Part shown: positions 26,400-39,600 of the stretch, piece after piece | Layout of the letters: each line of letters starts with the position of its first letter | Numbering within the stretch: position 1 is the first letter of the stretch | Assembly (NCBI RefSeq): GCF_018977255.1 | Contig: NW_024704742.1 | Coordinates: forward strand, 57,600,001 to 57,664,000 | DNA: 64,000 bases | DNA from: Callorhinchus milii | Taxonomy: Eukaryota | Reading direction: 5' to 3' | Position numbers and translations under genes: made by a program | The notes under the pieces: generated by a model | What the model was told of the DNA's origin: nothing | Seen by the model: only the letters and a program-made list of their open reading frames with translations | The model's database searches: none

Positions 26400-27672
26400 C
26401 ACATTCAGAATTCATAGTGTTAACCTGGTTCAGTTTGAAGCACCATCGCCTCTGGATGTTGGTTCAACTCCCACATCGCTCATGGTCTAACAGCTGGTGC
26501 TGAGTAAACCTGGTACCTGACATTGGATTTGGACTCAAGAACATCAAAGTGGCTGGCACATTCCAAGCTTTCCTGTACAAGTCCTCCCACCATGCTGAAG
26601 GAAGATGCCCACCTGGAATCCACTTTCACTGGCCTGCAGAGAGGCAGGCAGCTGCTGCTTAAACTGCGCACTTCCAATGGGAAGTCAATCACTCAATTGG
26701 AAGGGATGTGTGCCCGAGCTGCGATCAGGAAGATAATAATAATAATAATCCTTGCATTTGATACAGCACCCTATCATGTCTTCGAGACATCTCAAAGCGC
26801 TTCACAAATATACTGTAAGGTTAATTGACTGTATATTTTGTGGGCGAAACACGGCAGCCAATAGTGCACAGCAGCGTCCACAAAGTTGTGGATTGAAGTG
26901 ATCCATTTATTATTATTATTTTTTTTGAAGGTAGTAATGCTCTCATGCATTTCACGCTGAGATGTTTTCCCACTGCGAAGGTCGCCAGGGAATTCCTATA
27001 CCTACCATCCACCTTGGAGCCTGTGCTTGTTGAATGTCGAATGACCAGCTAGTAACTATCTTTCTTGGGGTGGGGGGAGGTAAGCAGGGTCTCCTTTGAG
27101 CTGAACTAGCTCCAAGGTGACATGCTTGGCAACGGAATGTCAGAATCGAGCCAGCCCTCTGTGGTGGACTTGGTAGTCCGGTTCCTGAGCCAGGTGGGTC
27201 CGCAGTATTCCAGAGCACTGCTGATGTCAGCACAGCCAGCCTGGTCAGCGGCAGGACCTGGAAGGGCAGACCAGTCACCGGAGGCAGGGAGTCATCCCAC
27301 TGAGCTCCTGTTAACTCTGCAAGCTAAAGCCCTAACAGGTAGGGTGGTCCTAGCTGCACAAGCAGCAGGAGAGCTTGCCGGCTGGTGATATCCACGGCAA
27401 CCTATATGGGTTTAGCTGGTTAGACTCCAGCAGTACCCCAACGCACACTCTGGGGTCTCCAAGCCTTGGCTCTTACCAACCTGCGCCTAACACTTTCCGG
27501 AATTAGGTAAGCAGGATGAGTCCCTCCAGGGAGAGTGCGGATTCCATTCCAACAATCTGTCTCTGGAACTTCCAAGTGCAGGTGGGATGCATGGAATTCT
27601 GGTTTAGGTTGGCTACTCTTAAGCATGGTGATGGATTTCCCCACGTGTCAGACACCCGCTGACCCCGAAAAA
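26400..27672 (+). mobile_element. Unassigned LINE 3' end ('family C'): ORF2 C-terminus with CCHC knuckle, ~500-bp 3' UTR, A-tail
   Basis: Removing the SINE at 26733-26930 (GAAG duplicated) gives GRDVCPSCDQEGSNALMHFTLRC, preceded by RQLLLKLRT in another frame. Ends GTCAGACACCCGCTGACCCCGAAAAA. Confidence 0.7.
26733..26930 (-). mobile_element. SINE 3' half inserted in family C ORF remnant
   Basis: (ATT)n tail and body; GAAG on both sides. Confidence 0.9.
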
Positions 27673-29504
27673 TGTTTTAGCAATCCAGTGCAATGTTTGG
27701 GGTGTCGTATATTGTCAGGTGCTGCCTTTCAGATGAGATTTTAAACTGAGGTTCTAGCTGCCTGTTCATAAGGACTAAATTCTATCATTTGACACTATTC
27801 AAAAAGAGAAGGAATTGTCCAATGATGTCCTGCCTAAAAATCCTTTGGATAATAACTGACGATTCACTTTACGGCTGTTTGTGAAACACTGCTGCGCACA
27901 AATTAGCTGCTACATTTCCCCTGCAAATAGTCATGTACTTCAGAAACACTGTGAAGGACTTTTAAGACATTCTTGATGCTATAGGCATTATTTTAATTGC
28001 AACAAATATTATTTTAATTATTTTGCGTCTTATATACCTCTATAAGGTACTCTACTGAGGAGTCTTTTTTCAAGGCAAGCTAACTTACCTGATTATACCT
28101 TATAGCTCATTGCTCAAACTCTCATCTTTTGTATCTTCTTTGTGGTGCCTCCAGCACCTCGGCGTGCTCTTAGTGCTACAATGACCAGAACTGTAAACAA
28201 TACTCCAAGCTTGGCCTGACCATGACATTTTACAACTTAAGTACAACTTCCTGGGGATCTGAACTGAACTGACTTGGCAATGCAGTGTAGCCAAAAAGAG
28301 TTGGCCTACTTTACTGCACCTGATTGCTTACAATTCACTTCAGGCCCAATATAAATCCAGCTCCAGATGGCTTGAACCCACTGTGTTTATTTTGAGGGTT
28401 CTAAATTTCAATCAGCAGTAGCATACAAACATCATTTAACTGAAGGATGGTTGTTCAGGAGTAACTCCCTTCCCTTGTCAAATACTGTCACAAGATCTTC
28501 AATGTCTACCTAAATATGCAAATTATTGCTGGGTCTTTCAGGCAGTTCAAATCCTGTTGTAGCTCAAGGCTGTTGATGCTGTGATCCCACCCTATTTACT
28601 GTCAGACTAAATCCAAAACTTGGAAAACAGTTTCGCAACAACTACAAATATTCCAACTTCTACGGGTATTGGTTGTTCCCAAAAGATATACCAAATTGAG
28701 TATATTAGCATGCAAATGAAACATCCTGTTGGAATACAAAAGTCACCACAAGTCACTTGTCTGGTGCCTCCCACTGCCTTGAGACATGTAAAGAGATCAA
28801 AAGTTAACCTTTGTGTGAGTTAACGTTTGCAGTCCCACCATTATAACAGTGCATTTCGCTTGTGAACTACTTGAGAATGGGTCTAAATAGAATTTGTTCT
28901 CAAGTAGTCCAAAGCTCCAGATGGCTGGGACCTGCTGTGTTTATTTTGAGGAGCTAAATTCCAAACAGCAGCTGCAAACAAACACCCATTTAACTGGAGG
29001 ATTGATAGCCAAGAAATACTCTTTTCAAACAGTGTCATAGGATCTTTTATGTTCACCTGAACAGGCAGACGTTTCATCTAAAAAGGATTGCACTTCCCAA
29101 CAATGTCGTTCTCCCATTTCATTCATAAATAAATAAGTTAGTTAATTAATTGGTCACTCACTCTATGATTGTTTGTGTAACACTGCTGTGCGCAACTGGC
29201 TTCCGAGTTTCTCCCACAAAATACACACTCACTCACTACACTTTACAGTGTATTCTGTGAAGCGGTTTAAAACGTCTCAATGACATGATAAGGTGCTGTA
29301 TCAAATGCAAGGATTATTATCACTGTACTGGATTGTTAGCTTGAACTATGAGGTCAAGCCCTGACATAGAACTCAGAGGCGAGATTGTTAGAAACTGAGC
29401 CAGGTTGACACGTCTATATGGTCAATTTTAAGTTGTGATTCACAGCTTTTCCAAAATCTGGCCACATGATTTTTCGTAAACTGCATTTCTAGCTTGTCCG
29501 AGTG

Positions 29505-29885
29505 GGCTAATGGCTCAGTCTGTCCCTGGCTAAAAACATCCCGGGCAGGGTGAACCGTTAAGCAATTTCCTTACTCCACATACTTCTGGTAACCTAGCAG
29601 TAAGCAGAAACCAAGTTGTTAGTTAATTGGCGGATTGCTTTTCCAGGAGTAATAATCCCTTCAAAAAAAATAGAATAATAATTTAGTCGCTCAATCCATG
29701 ACTGTTCATGGGTCACTGCAGTGCGCAATTGGTTGCTGCATTTTGTCCACAAAATATACAGTCAATTAATTTTACAGTATATTCTGTGAAGCACTTTGAG
29801 ATGTCTCGAAGATGTGATAAGCGCTCTGAGACACTACCCTGCGTGGAGGGCACTATATATGTGCAACGATCATTATTATTATTAA
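29505..29885 (+). mobile_element. tRNA-Ala SINE, long subfamily, with an appended L2-type tail
   Basis: SINE tail to ~29822, then GCTCTGAGACACTACCCTGCGTGGAGGGCACTATA. Confidence 0.8.
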
Positions 29886-32599
29886 GGCCAGCACAGCAGA
29901 CATGTAGTTTGTAGTGAAGGTTGGCGTTGCTGATAGAGGTGAGGTGAACACTCACCTTGTGAGGCTGCGTAACCACCTCACATAATATAATAACAATCCT
30001 TGCATTTGATATAGCACCTGATCACATCATTGAGACGTTTCAAAGCGGTTCGCACAATATACTGCAAAGTGAATTAACAAATTTTGTGAGCGACACGCGG
30101 CAGACAATGGCGCACAGCTGTGTCCCACAAACAGGATATATTCTCCTGTTGGTAAACTACCACGTTACAGTTCTGTGCTTATGAAACCTCTAAGTATCTT
30201 ATTGTATTGGGGTTTAATTCAGTCCACGTCTGTAAAGTACTGTAGATTTCTGGTGCAGCTGTCGGGATACATACTTATGTTGAGCTCCTGAGACTGGTGT
30301 ATTGTGCTAAGGATAACACATGGTAGATTGTTTTCTGTACACTGAAAATCTATTTTGCACATTATTATTTTCACTTCTGGTGCCTCAATAGACCCAAGTT
30401 AGCTCTATAGAATGCAACCTACTCAGAGACAGAAACCCAGCCCACTGTGCGAGACCACAATATTTATACTTCCCTCAGCTCTGGTCAAGATTATGAATGG
30501 ACTGATATTAAATTACTATCCTGATGCATGGAATTTTTTCCTGCAAAACAAATCACAGATTTCACGAGAATTCCCATCTGAATTTAAATCTGATGGGAAC
30601 TTTTACTCCTAACTACAAACAAAATAAATAGACTCAAAATGTACTGAAAATGTGCAACAAAATGTAAATTAGCAGCTGTACTTTAAAGTGGTCCAATCAT
30701 TGTGGTACTTGTACTCAAGCTATAAAGATCGGCTGCGGCAAAAACAATGGTCAGTAAACACCCAAGGCCGTGGCATGAACACAGATCAGCCTGTGTTTAT
30801 TCATTTAACTTTATTCTTAGCATAAACATTCAAACAGTTAAATAAATAGCTTGCATTGTAAGTTCTATCTTATTCTTGTAAAATCCAAGCTATCGTTTTT
30901 GGGGAGCTTTGTATAGGAAAAGCCTTGCCCAAAAAAGTATGTCTATTTAAGTTAACTGAAAGAAAATAGAAACAATTTATTTTGTTTGAATTTGCTCACA
31001 ACTCCAAAGCATTTTGAATGACATTTTACTAATTTAATGCATGGAAGTACTTTGAGCTCTGAACTGCACAATGTGAGTGACTGCTTAGACACAGTGTTGC
31101 CCATGGAAACAAGAATTTGTCCTTTTAATCCTTCAGCAGAAGAGTATGAAAGCATGGGAACTTCACAGCACGTCTTTTCCAGGCTTAGAATTCGCTACCA
31201 TAAGCAACAGGATTTTTGCACAGTTGTGTATCATAAATAATTCTACATCTTCACAAGGTTGCCATTTAATCAATTGGCATGAATTGCTTAATTCATAATT
31301 CATATTAAGCTTAAACAATGGTCTTGCACTTGACTGTGAGCCTGCACAATATATATTTATAATCACAGGGAAGGCATTACAGTTCTGACAAAATCTATTT
31401 TCTATTGCACAAGAGGGTGCATTTAGTACTCCGAAATTCTTTGGAATCAGGAATGGCATTTGGGATTCTGAAGGATTTCAGAATTCCATATGGCTGTGCT
31501 CAGTGTCAAAGTGCACTGAATTTACCACAGTGGCTATACATTTCAAAGATTGCAACCTGTTCTAAGTGCGTAGAGATGTCCTATTTGGGATGAAGTAATA
31601 TTCTTTCAGGTTTACAATGACTCATCCACGATGACTAAACTGTTATCCCAAAATAGTTAGAATCCTGTTCAATTACATTACTTATGACACTTATCTCGAC
31701 CTTGCTCAAAGCTTATCATTTTATCTAGAGGCAAAGTTATTTGTCAGACTGAGGTTCACTCGTATGGTTCTTGCCAGGTCTGTATTAACTTTAGGTTATC
31801 CTGCTCCTTGCAGTGAATGCACTGGGGTGTGAGGCCTATTCTGCCCAATTTGGTCAATGCACATAAACACTGTAAAAAAAAGTAAAATAATTTTTAATTA
31901 TGAATGGGATTACAAATGCTAAATTAAATTATACTTTAAAAATTGCATCACATGTATTTTTAAGCATGCAGGAACAAATTTACTAAACTTACTAAATTAC
32001 TGACTGAATGGAGCAAAATCACTACATGAAGCTAAATAAATTCTATTTTTAATACAATGAACAATGTCTTTGAAATTGTTCAAAAACTATTGCTTAACAT
32101 TGGTACATAATAATCATCACCACTATTGAAACATTGATTTGGCCTTTTAGATTTTTTGTTTTACAATATAAAACATTTATTTTAAATTGTAGCTTCAGCA
32201 AAGGTCGCCTCCCACATTTTCCTACAAATACACAGTTGCTTGACATTGCCACAATTACCTTTGAGAAGTTTTGATGTTAAAGACACTATATCAAATGCGA
32301 GCATTAAATAAATAAATTTTAGGAGTTTTTAAATGTAATGCTGCTGCACAGTTCCTGGTTATTTGCATTACATTCTTAAAAAGAAAGATTTTTTTAAACA
32401 GAAAGATCAACGCCAGCATGTAACGATTATCCATCGCCAGCATATTTTATATAACTTTCCCATCTATTTGCTGCTAGGAGCCTTCAAAGAAGCTATGAAT
32501 CAATATGGAGTTGGCAGTACCACAATTTGAAGCAATTTTGCTCAGTCCAGTTATATTCAAGGTTCACAATAGTAAACTTCTTAATTTTAGATGGATAAA

Positions 32600-32830
32600 C
32601 TTCAGCAGTATCTTAACCCTTTGGGGTTCCAAGCCTTGACTCTTGCTAACCTGGGCCTCATACTTTTCAAGATGAGGTGAGTGGGTACATCCCTTCTCGG
32701 AGTGTTAAGTACACTCTAGACAAAGGGAAGTTTTCATGCACATGTGGAATTCTGAATAGTTTGGTTTCGATATTCCTAAGCATGATACTCTTAAGCATTT
32801 TTGCATGTGTCAAGCACCCAATGACCAACC
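32600..32830 (+). mobile_element. Family C 3' fragment
   Basis: CCAAGCCTTGACTCTTGCTAACCTG...GTGTCAAGCACCCAATGACC. Confidence 0.7.
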
Positions 32831-35800
32831 ACCCCATCCCCAACGCCTTTTAACTGCTTCACAACATGTTCAATATTGATACTTTCTCATCATACCTCAA
32901 CATTTTATGCAGACACAGCAATCAAGTAGGAATTTACTGCTCTGTAGATGTACTGAAGATTAATAGCAGCATTACCTCATCAAGCAGCCGTCTTTCCTTA
33001 AAGCATTTCAACTTCGAAGCTCTTCTGAGAAGGCTAATGGTAATTAGATGAATAAATGTAACTGGGCAAACAAGTGTTAAAAGATTCTGACAGAAGCCCT
33101 ACCAAGTGTTGGCTTTGCTTGTGATAATGAACACTGTGTTTCTTTTGAACCAGAAGATAATATATAATGTTTCTTGCATTTGAAATAGCACCTTATCTTG
33201 TCAAAGCGCTTCACAAAGTGTTTTCTGCAAAAATGAGCAGTGACGGTGTTGGTAGGTGAATGCAACAGACAATTTACGCACATCAATGCCTCACAAAGTG
33301 AATGACCACTTTGTTATCAATCTTTTCACAAGATCACGTCCTATAGACTTCCTGTGAAGCAATAATGCAGCTTCCTTTAGGAAATGAAAGAACGATCAGC
33401 CATGCTCAACTATATTCACTTTTTGGAGCAGGAGTTTGCTGGTAGACAAGGACATGTCTCCAGTAGTAAATTCAAGTTTTATAGCAACTGCAACACAAAC
33501 AATTTAACTCTTTTCCCCTGTTTTTACATTGCTTGGCCAGTAGCAGTTTGTGACAATGAGGACCAAAGTTTAAAACTGTAAAGATAAACAGTTTGAGCCC
33601 AAATTTTCATTTTGCAATTGACCAGCGCCTTGGGACGTCCTCCCAACATTAAAGGCGCTATATAAATGTAATTTTGTTGGTGGTGTTGTTGTTGACCATC
33701 CATGCTACTTGTGCTGATCTTGAGTGATTTAATAATAATTATCCTTGCATTTAACAGAGCACCTTTCATGGCAGGAGGGCATCGCAAAGTGCTGCACAGA
33801 ATTTACTATAAAGTAGAGTGACTGTGTAGTTTATAGGCAAACATTGCACACAACAACGACCCACAAACAGTCATGAAGATTTTAACTGGGAGAATATTTG
33901 TCCAGGAAACCAGCAGAAACTTCCTTCTCTTTCAAATAGAGGGATCTTTTAACGACCCCCAAAACAGGCAGACAGGTCCTCATTTTAACGTCTCATCCAA
34001 AGGATGTGTAGTAACAATAAGATGTTTTAAAGAATTAACAGATCAAAATAAATCAACCAGCTATTTCTCTCCACTGCATATCTTCCAATAGCTTCTCCTT
34101 TGTACAATCACCTGTAATATCCCTCAATGCTCCCCTCCATAGTCTCGCCCCAAAGTTACCTGGCCTGTCATCTTAACTCCAGCATCCATTTTTCTGACAC
34201 TGGTTTAGTGCTCTTGCCCCACACCTCCTACTTGCTATCAGAGTGGAGCCTTCAATCAGCATGTCCTGTCTTGTGGTACTCTCTTCCAAAACAACTTTGC
34301 CTTGCTAATACCTCTTTCCCGGCTTTCAAAACCTTCCAACATATTTACTTATCCCTATACTTTACCTTCAATCATCTCTAAATTCCTCCATATCTTGCTT
34401 GGTCCCTACTGATCCTATTGTTTTGTCCTTTGAGATGATGTTATAATAATAAGTCTTTGCATTTGATAGAGCGCCTCTAATGATGCAATGTCTGGAAGCT
34501 CTTTGTACAATCTTAATAACTGTTAAGTGTTTGTGTAGGCTGTGTATTTGCAGGTGAACATGGCAGTCAATTTGCAACGAGCAGTGTCCCACAAACATAT
34601 ATGCATTACGTAAATGGAGTCATAAAATGCAAATTGTTGTTCTGTCAGATTGTAAGTAAGCAAATTCTAATAATAAAATGGATTTGTGTTATATTGCTGT
34701 CTCTACATTCAATATTGACGGGCAATACAATTAATTATGAGGCACCAGGACACATCTAAAGAAGTATTTTTAACAGCAACTCTGGTGGTAGCAGCAGTGG
34801 TAACCTTATTATAAACTACAGTCTCCTGAGCCATAGGTCACCATTTATTTTCTGTCCATCAATGAGTTTAGTGCTCAACACCCCAGACAAAAATGAGTGT
34901 TTTATTGTCTGACATGTGTGGACTTTTATCAGATATCAGTGATGCTCTGGTAGGCTAAAAGATAAAGCTCAAAATGTGACATTAAAGGCTTTGCAGCTGT
35001 CTCAAGGCTCTCCTGTTTGTAATGTAAACAGGGCAGTGTCCACAGCACAGGGAGCTCAAGAAACTACAGAAACCCTTGCCATTTGAAATGGCTCTCTAAT
35101 ATAGATGTGGTATTTGACTGAGATATGGATTAACCTTACTTTCAGCACCATAGCTCCTACAGGACAGAAGCTGCACACCAGTATGTACATTCCAAGCATA
35201 AAAGAAACAAAAATCTTGCCATGTTATATGATCTTTTCATATCAAAACATCTCGAACGACTTCATAAATAAGTATTGTAAAGTACAGTCACTGTTTATTT
35301 AGATAAATGCTGGAGTCGGTTTATGCCAGCGAAATCCAACAAACAGCCATGAGGCAAATGAATAATTATTATAGAGATTATTGGCTGAGGCACCGAGAAA
35401 AACTCATTTATTTTGGAATAGAGTAATGTCATTTTTAATTTCTGAAATAGGTAGACGGGACATTAATTTAAAGTCTCACCCAAAACATAGAACTTCTGAC
35501 AATGAAGTCCTCTTTCAGTGTAAAAATTTAACACCCAGCATAAAGCTTGGACACATGATCCAAAGGCGAGTGCAACCTGCTGTGCTAAATTGTCACCCAA
35601 CGATAATGCATTGAAAAATAAGTCGTTTACGAAGATGATGATGCTGTAGATGGTTGTTCCCACATGGCTGTATTGAGGTCTGTCACATTGTGACTCGTTC
35701 TACACTACTACGATTTGAATCTTGATGTGGGCCAGAACTGTGCACGGAGTGAAAGTGGCAACATTTTTTGGGTACAAATCCATTTATAAAAGCAACTAAA

Positions 35801-37783
35801 TGAGAAAGAGAGCCTTTCTGTTAGTGTTCCCCATTGAACAGGCCACAAGCACATATTTTTTCTGAGCAAACCTGAGGGCAAAAATCTATTTTAGTTTAAT
35901 GAATTGTAATTCTCAGAGTATAAATGATTATAAAATGATTATACCAGGTAATATTTCAAGATTTATAACAAGCAAATGCAGATGTTGTGATTGTAGCACT
36001 TATGTAAGTAATATTTCAGATTAAATCACATGTGGATAAAATGCTCAGGATTTTCTAAAAGCATCCCTGTGTGGGCACTATAGCAACAGAAGCAAAACAC
36101 AAATATAGGTTTCCTGCAGCTGCCAAAACCATTCATATTGGCTAACACTTCTAGTGGAGGTTCTTAGCACTTGCTCCCAGAAACAGTGGGCAAGTTCAAA
36201 TACTAAAGTAAAATCATCGGTTTTAGTTCAGAATAGTTTTAACAAACTAAATCTTCTCACTGCATATCTTCCAATATCTTCTCACAAGATAGATTTACAC
36301 TTTTGTTTGTGTACTTTTGTAACTTTTCACCTACTTGGTTCAAAAACTTGATTTCAAAGTAACATTCAACTAAATAAGAGATTGTTTCTGAGAAGCTTCT
36401 TTCATACTTCAGCTTAAACCTTCTGCCATACTTCAATTTAAACCGTCTGCACATTCTGTTGCTTTTCTTCATAAAATATATTTCTGGCTTAAAATATCTT
36501 TACTATTGGTATAGCACAATCACTGCTCAAAAGGGCTTCATGACAGCACAAGGCACGGACGGAGCTGAATTGCGAATTACCAAGAAGTGGTAAGTATCGG
36601 GGTGCACTCAACCATCTCCAACAGGGCAAATTCCTGATCTCAAGCACGCATCCACGTGGAGATACTGAACACAAGCCAATCACTTCCCCACAAGGAGAGA
36701 GGGCAATTCTGAGCACCAGTTCCCACGCTCTTTCTTTAGAGTATGATCCGGGTTCCTCTCAACCAAAATTTGCTTGGCACCAAATAATTCCGCGATAGGA
36801 GAGGGGCAAAATATCAATAAGGTAATCATGAAAATGGAAATCTAATGAATTTAGTCATTTTGGCTGAACTTGTAAAACACATATTTTAGAAACTGGACTT
36901 CAATCTATAATGAACCTTAACAAATACAAATCATTTGCATTATTTGAATCAAACAGGATTTCTCATTCCATTTGTGACCGTGGCTTGCAATGAGCTACCA
37001 CATTCATTTTCATTCAATAGCTCTGTTCACATGATGAATCAAAGAGAAGCACGTTAACATAGACCAGAGTTGGAATTAGTAGTCAGCTATTAAATTATTT
37101 GATTAGCCTCGTGAATTATTACAATTTTCTTTCAAGACTAAACTGTAAGCAGTTTAATAGAGTCCACTTTCTAGGGCAGAAAACACATCATGTGTATCTG
37201 TTTAAACAAATAAAGGATTTTCAGTTGCTGAAAGATCAGTTCCAGAATTTGTAATTCTAAACGAAAGTATCGAATGTACTGTGCTTGCAGTGTAAAAGGT
37301 CCTGGAGGAGAAACACATGAATGAAGGGGGAGGGGAGCAATCATTGCCCTTCAATAGGATTTTCATTAACTCTTGAAAAGGAAAAGGATCTGAAGCCTTT
37401 GTTAATAAACAATTAATGCAAAATCCGCAAACTCCACACAGCATGGACAAGCTGCTCTCGAATAACAAGATTCTAAAACCTCATTACTTGTTAAACCTCT
37501 GCAGATAATGCAACCTAGTTACTCTTGTTTTTAGCATTTCTGCTATCGCATAATTGTAATTATTTTTGGAGATTACAATTTGATGCTTGCTTGCACTCAA
37601 AATGGTGGTTATATGCTTTTGTTATGTTAATGTGCATCATTTATGTATCAGTCATGTATGGATTTATACCTTCCTCTCCCTCGCGCTCCCACCTCCCCCC
37701 CCCTCCTCACTGGATAACAAAAGCACTGTCTGTGACAAGCCACCCACCACTCCCACCCAAAAGCAGCAAAATATGCCACAAAC

Positions 37784-37949
37784 CTGCAGTCAGGTATCCC
37801 CGTGATGCAGCAGAAATAAAAGCCGGTGGAAATTGCTTGTGTAAGCGGTAGTCCTTCTCACTGCGGGAGCGGATACGGTCTGAGGCCCGGTCTGAAAAAT
37901 CCGAGCTAGGCCAAGCCCGGCGCAAGGTTGTACTCCGTGTTTTCTTCAT
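37784..37949 (-). CDS. STOX2: Storkhead-box protein 2, first coding exon (55 codons + 1 nt, phase-1 donor)
   Basis: Translates MKKTRSTTLRRAWPSSDFSDRASDRIRSRSEKDYRLHKQFPPAFISAASRGYLTA-G, which I recognise as the vertebrate STOX2 N-terminus (recalled human MKKTRSTTLRRAWPSSDFSDRASDRMRSRSEKDYRLHKRFPAAFAPQASRGYMTSG). Similarity ends at the donor CAG|GTTTGT (GT at 37783-37782). Confidence 0.93.
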
Positions 37950-39600
37950 TTGGAGGCTACATGCAGTCTAATCCTCTAGCAACATGAGTCGGGCTTCATA
38001 TCTCTTGCTGTGCCCTATTAGACTAGAAATAAGCCAACGTGCTGAAAGAATTAGCAAACATTCTGGCACTGCCTTCTCCACATAGTGAACTGCAGGGCTT
38101 CTCCTATTCCTTGACTGATCCAATTTTACACACAACCCACAATGCATTACACTTCATTTAAAATCACCACTGCTTATGGTTTCCAGCTTCACATAAGAAA
38201 AAAAAGGCACATAATGTGGCTTCTCAGCCAAAGAACAGGCAGCGATTTGCAGCTTGAAAGCCCTCGGATCCCAGACAATAGCTCAATTCAGCACAGGAGT
38301 GCTTGGCCAACTGTGAGCCAGAACACAAAAGGTCCAAACAAATTAGAAACCCAGCCTTGGGTTTTGACCCAAACGGTGCACCCAGGAACTGAAGGATTCC
38401 AAACAAACAGCAATCCCCACTGTCACAGGATAGGAATAATGCTCGGATGACAGTGAAAGTGGTTGTCTCCAGACAGCAAAATCTAATCAAAGAATCAATG
38501 ATGAAGGATGAGCAGAATAAATAAATCAGAAGCCAATCTTCAGTTAAAGAGCGCTTGCAGCTGCTTCGTGCACAGATTGAGTGTCTGTGCAGCTGAAGAA
38601 CACAGCTCCTGCATGCGTCTGTGAAGCAGCTTGCTCCTGCGAGATATACAACTAATAAAGGCACAGCGTCATAGCTGGATTTCCTTTCATTCAGCTCGCA
38701 GATTTCTCAGTCATGGCTCCCACTTCTCCTGGGCTGAGAGAGGCTGGACTGCAAGTGGTTCCAAATGTTTGGTTTTCAATTGAGTTCGGCGTGCAGTCTG
38801 CTCGGTTGCTGTGACTCCTTGCTGATGAATGGTTCCCTGCTTTTGAATACAGTGCTGAGCTATTGAAGGGCAGGAAGCGAGTCAGCCACCCAGTCCCATG
38901 CTAATCAAGGAGCTGTCTTATGTCAGACGCACTGATTCCGTCAAGCTCCGAAGTTTAATGTACAACCCTCAGGCCCACTCCGAACCTGGCCACGATCCAA
39001 CAGCTATAATCAGAACTAGAGTATTTACATACAAAACTGGCTATTTTAGGGTGGCCCAGCATGTATAGTAAACGGAACTATAATTTGCTTTTCAATCCTA
39101 AAGCACCTAACGTAGTCTGCTTTTCTAATCAACTTTTTTTTAAAGTCTGCTCACGATGTGGAAGGCAGGGGTCAGTTAGTGCAACAGCTGTAATAGACTC
39201 CTGACACTGCAAAGTAATTAAATTCATCTGTAATAGCAGCAAAAAATAGAAGCAATAATGTAGCGCTGGCTGCTAACAAACAGCAAAACCACTGCAAACT
39301 CTGCAAGCTCTCAGTTTCAGTTCAGCTGTTTTTTGGTATAGGGCTATAAAAAAAATGTAACACAAGGGGGAAAGCTGGATGCAATTCTATCCCCTTGCTG
39401 TGCTGTACAACTCTAAGCTAGCATGTCTCTTGTAAAACATCAATCAATCATAGAGAGCCATTCTGATACAGCTTGAAAAATAGCTTTAGAGAGTTCGGCT
39501 ATAATTATGCAATTTACTACATATTTATTAAGACACAGACACTGAAGAAAAAACAATGTAGAGAAGCCAGTTGCTGCACACTGCATTGGACTGCAATAAG
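37950..39600 (-). promoter_or_regulatory. STOX2: Probable STOX2 5' UTR and proximal promoter
   Basis: Repeat-free unique sequence directly upstream of the ATG in an otherwise repeat-dense window. The TSS cannot be placed from sequence. Confidence 0.6.

Noticed and set aside
27122..27388. Similar ORFs here and at 8016-8246 as a conserved protein
   Set aside because: Explained by nucleotide similarity between family C copies; mostly downstream of the inferred ORF2 end.
37707..37783. C-terminal part of the 80-aa ORF
   Set aside because: Read-through past the splice donor; no STOX2 similarity.
1..37783. STOX2 exon 2 (DVSPISMSPISQSQFIPLGE...)
   Set aside because: Not found in the ORF track or by eye; presumably left of the window.
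38224..38664. 146-aa minus-strand ORF
   Set aside because: Non-ATG start, no recognisable homology, lies in the probable UTR.
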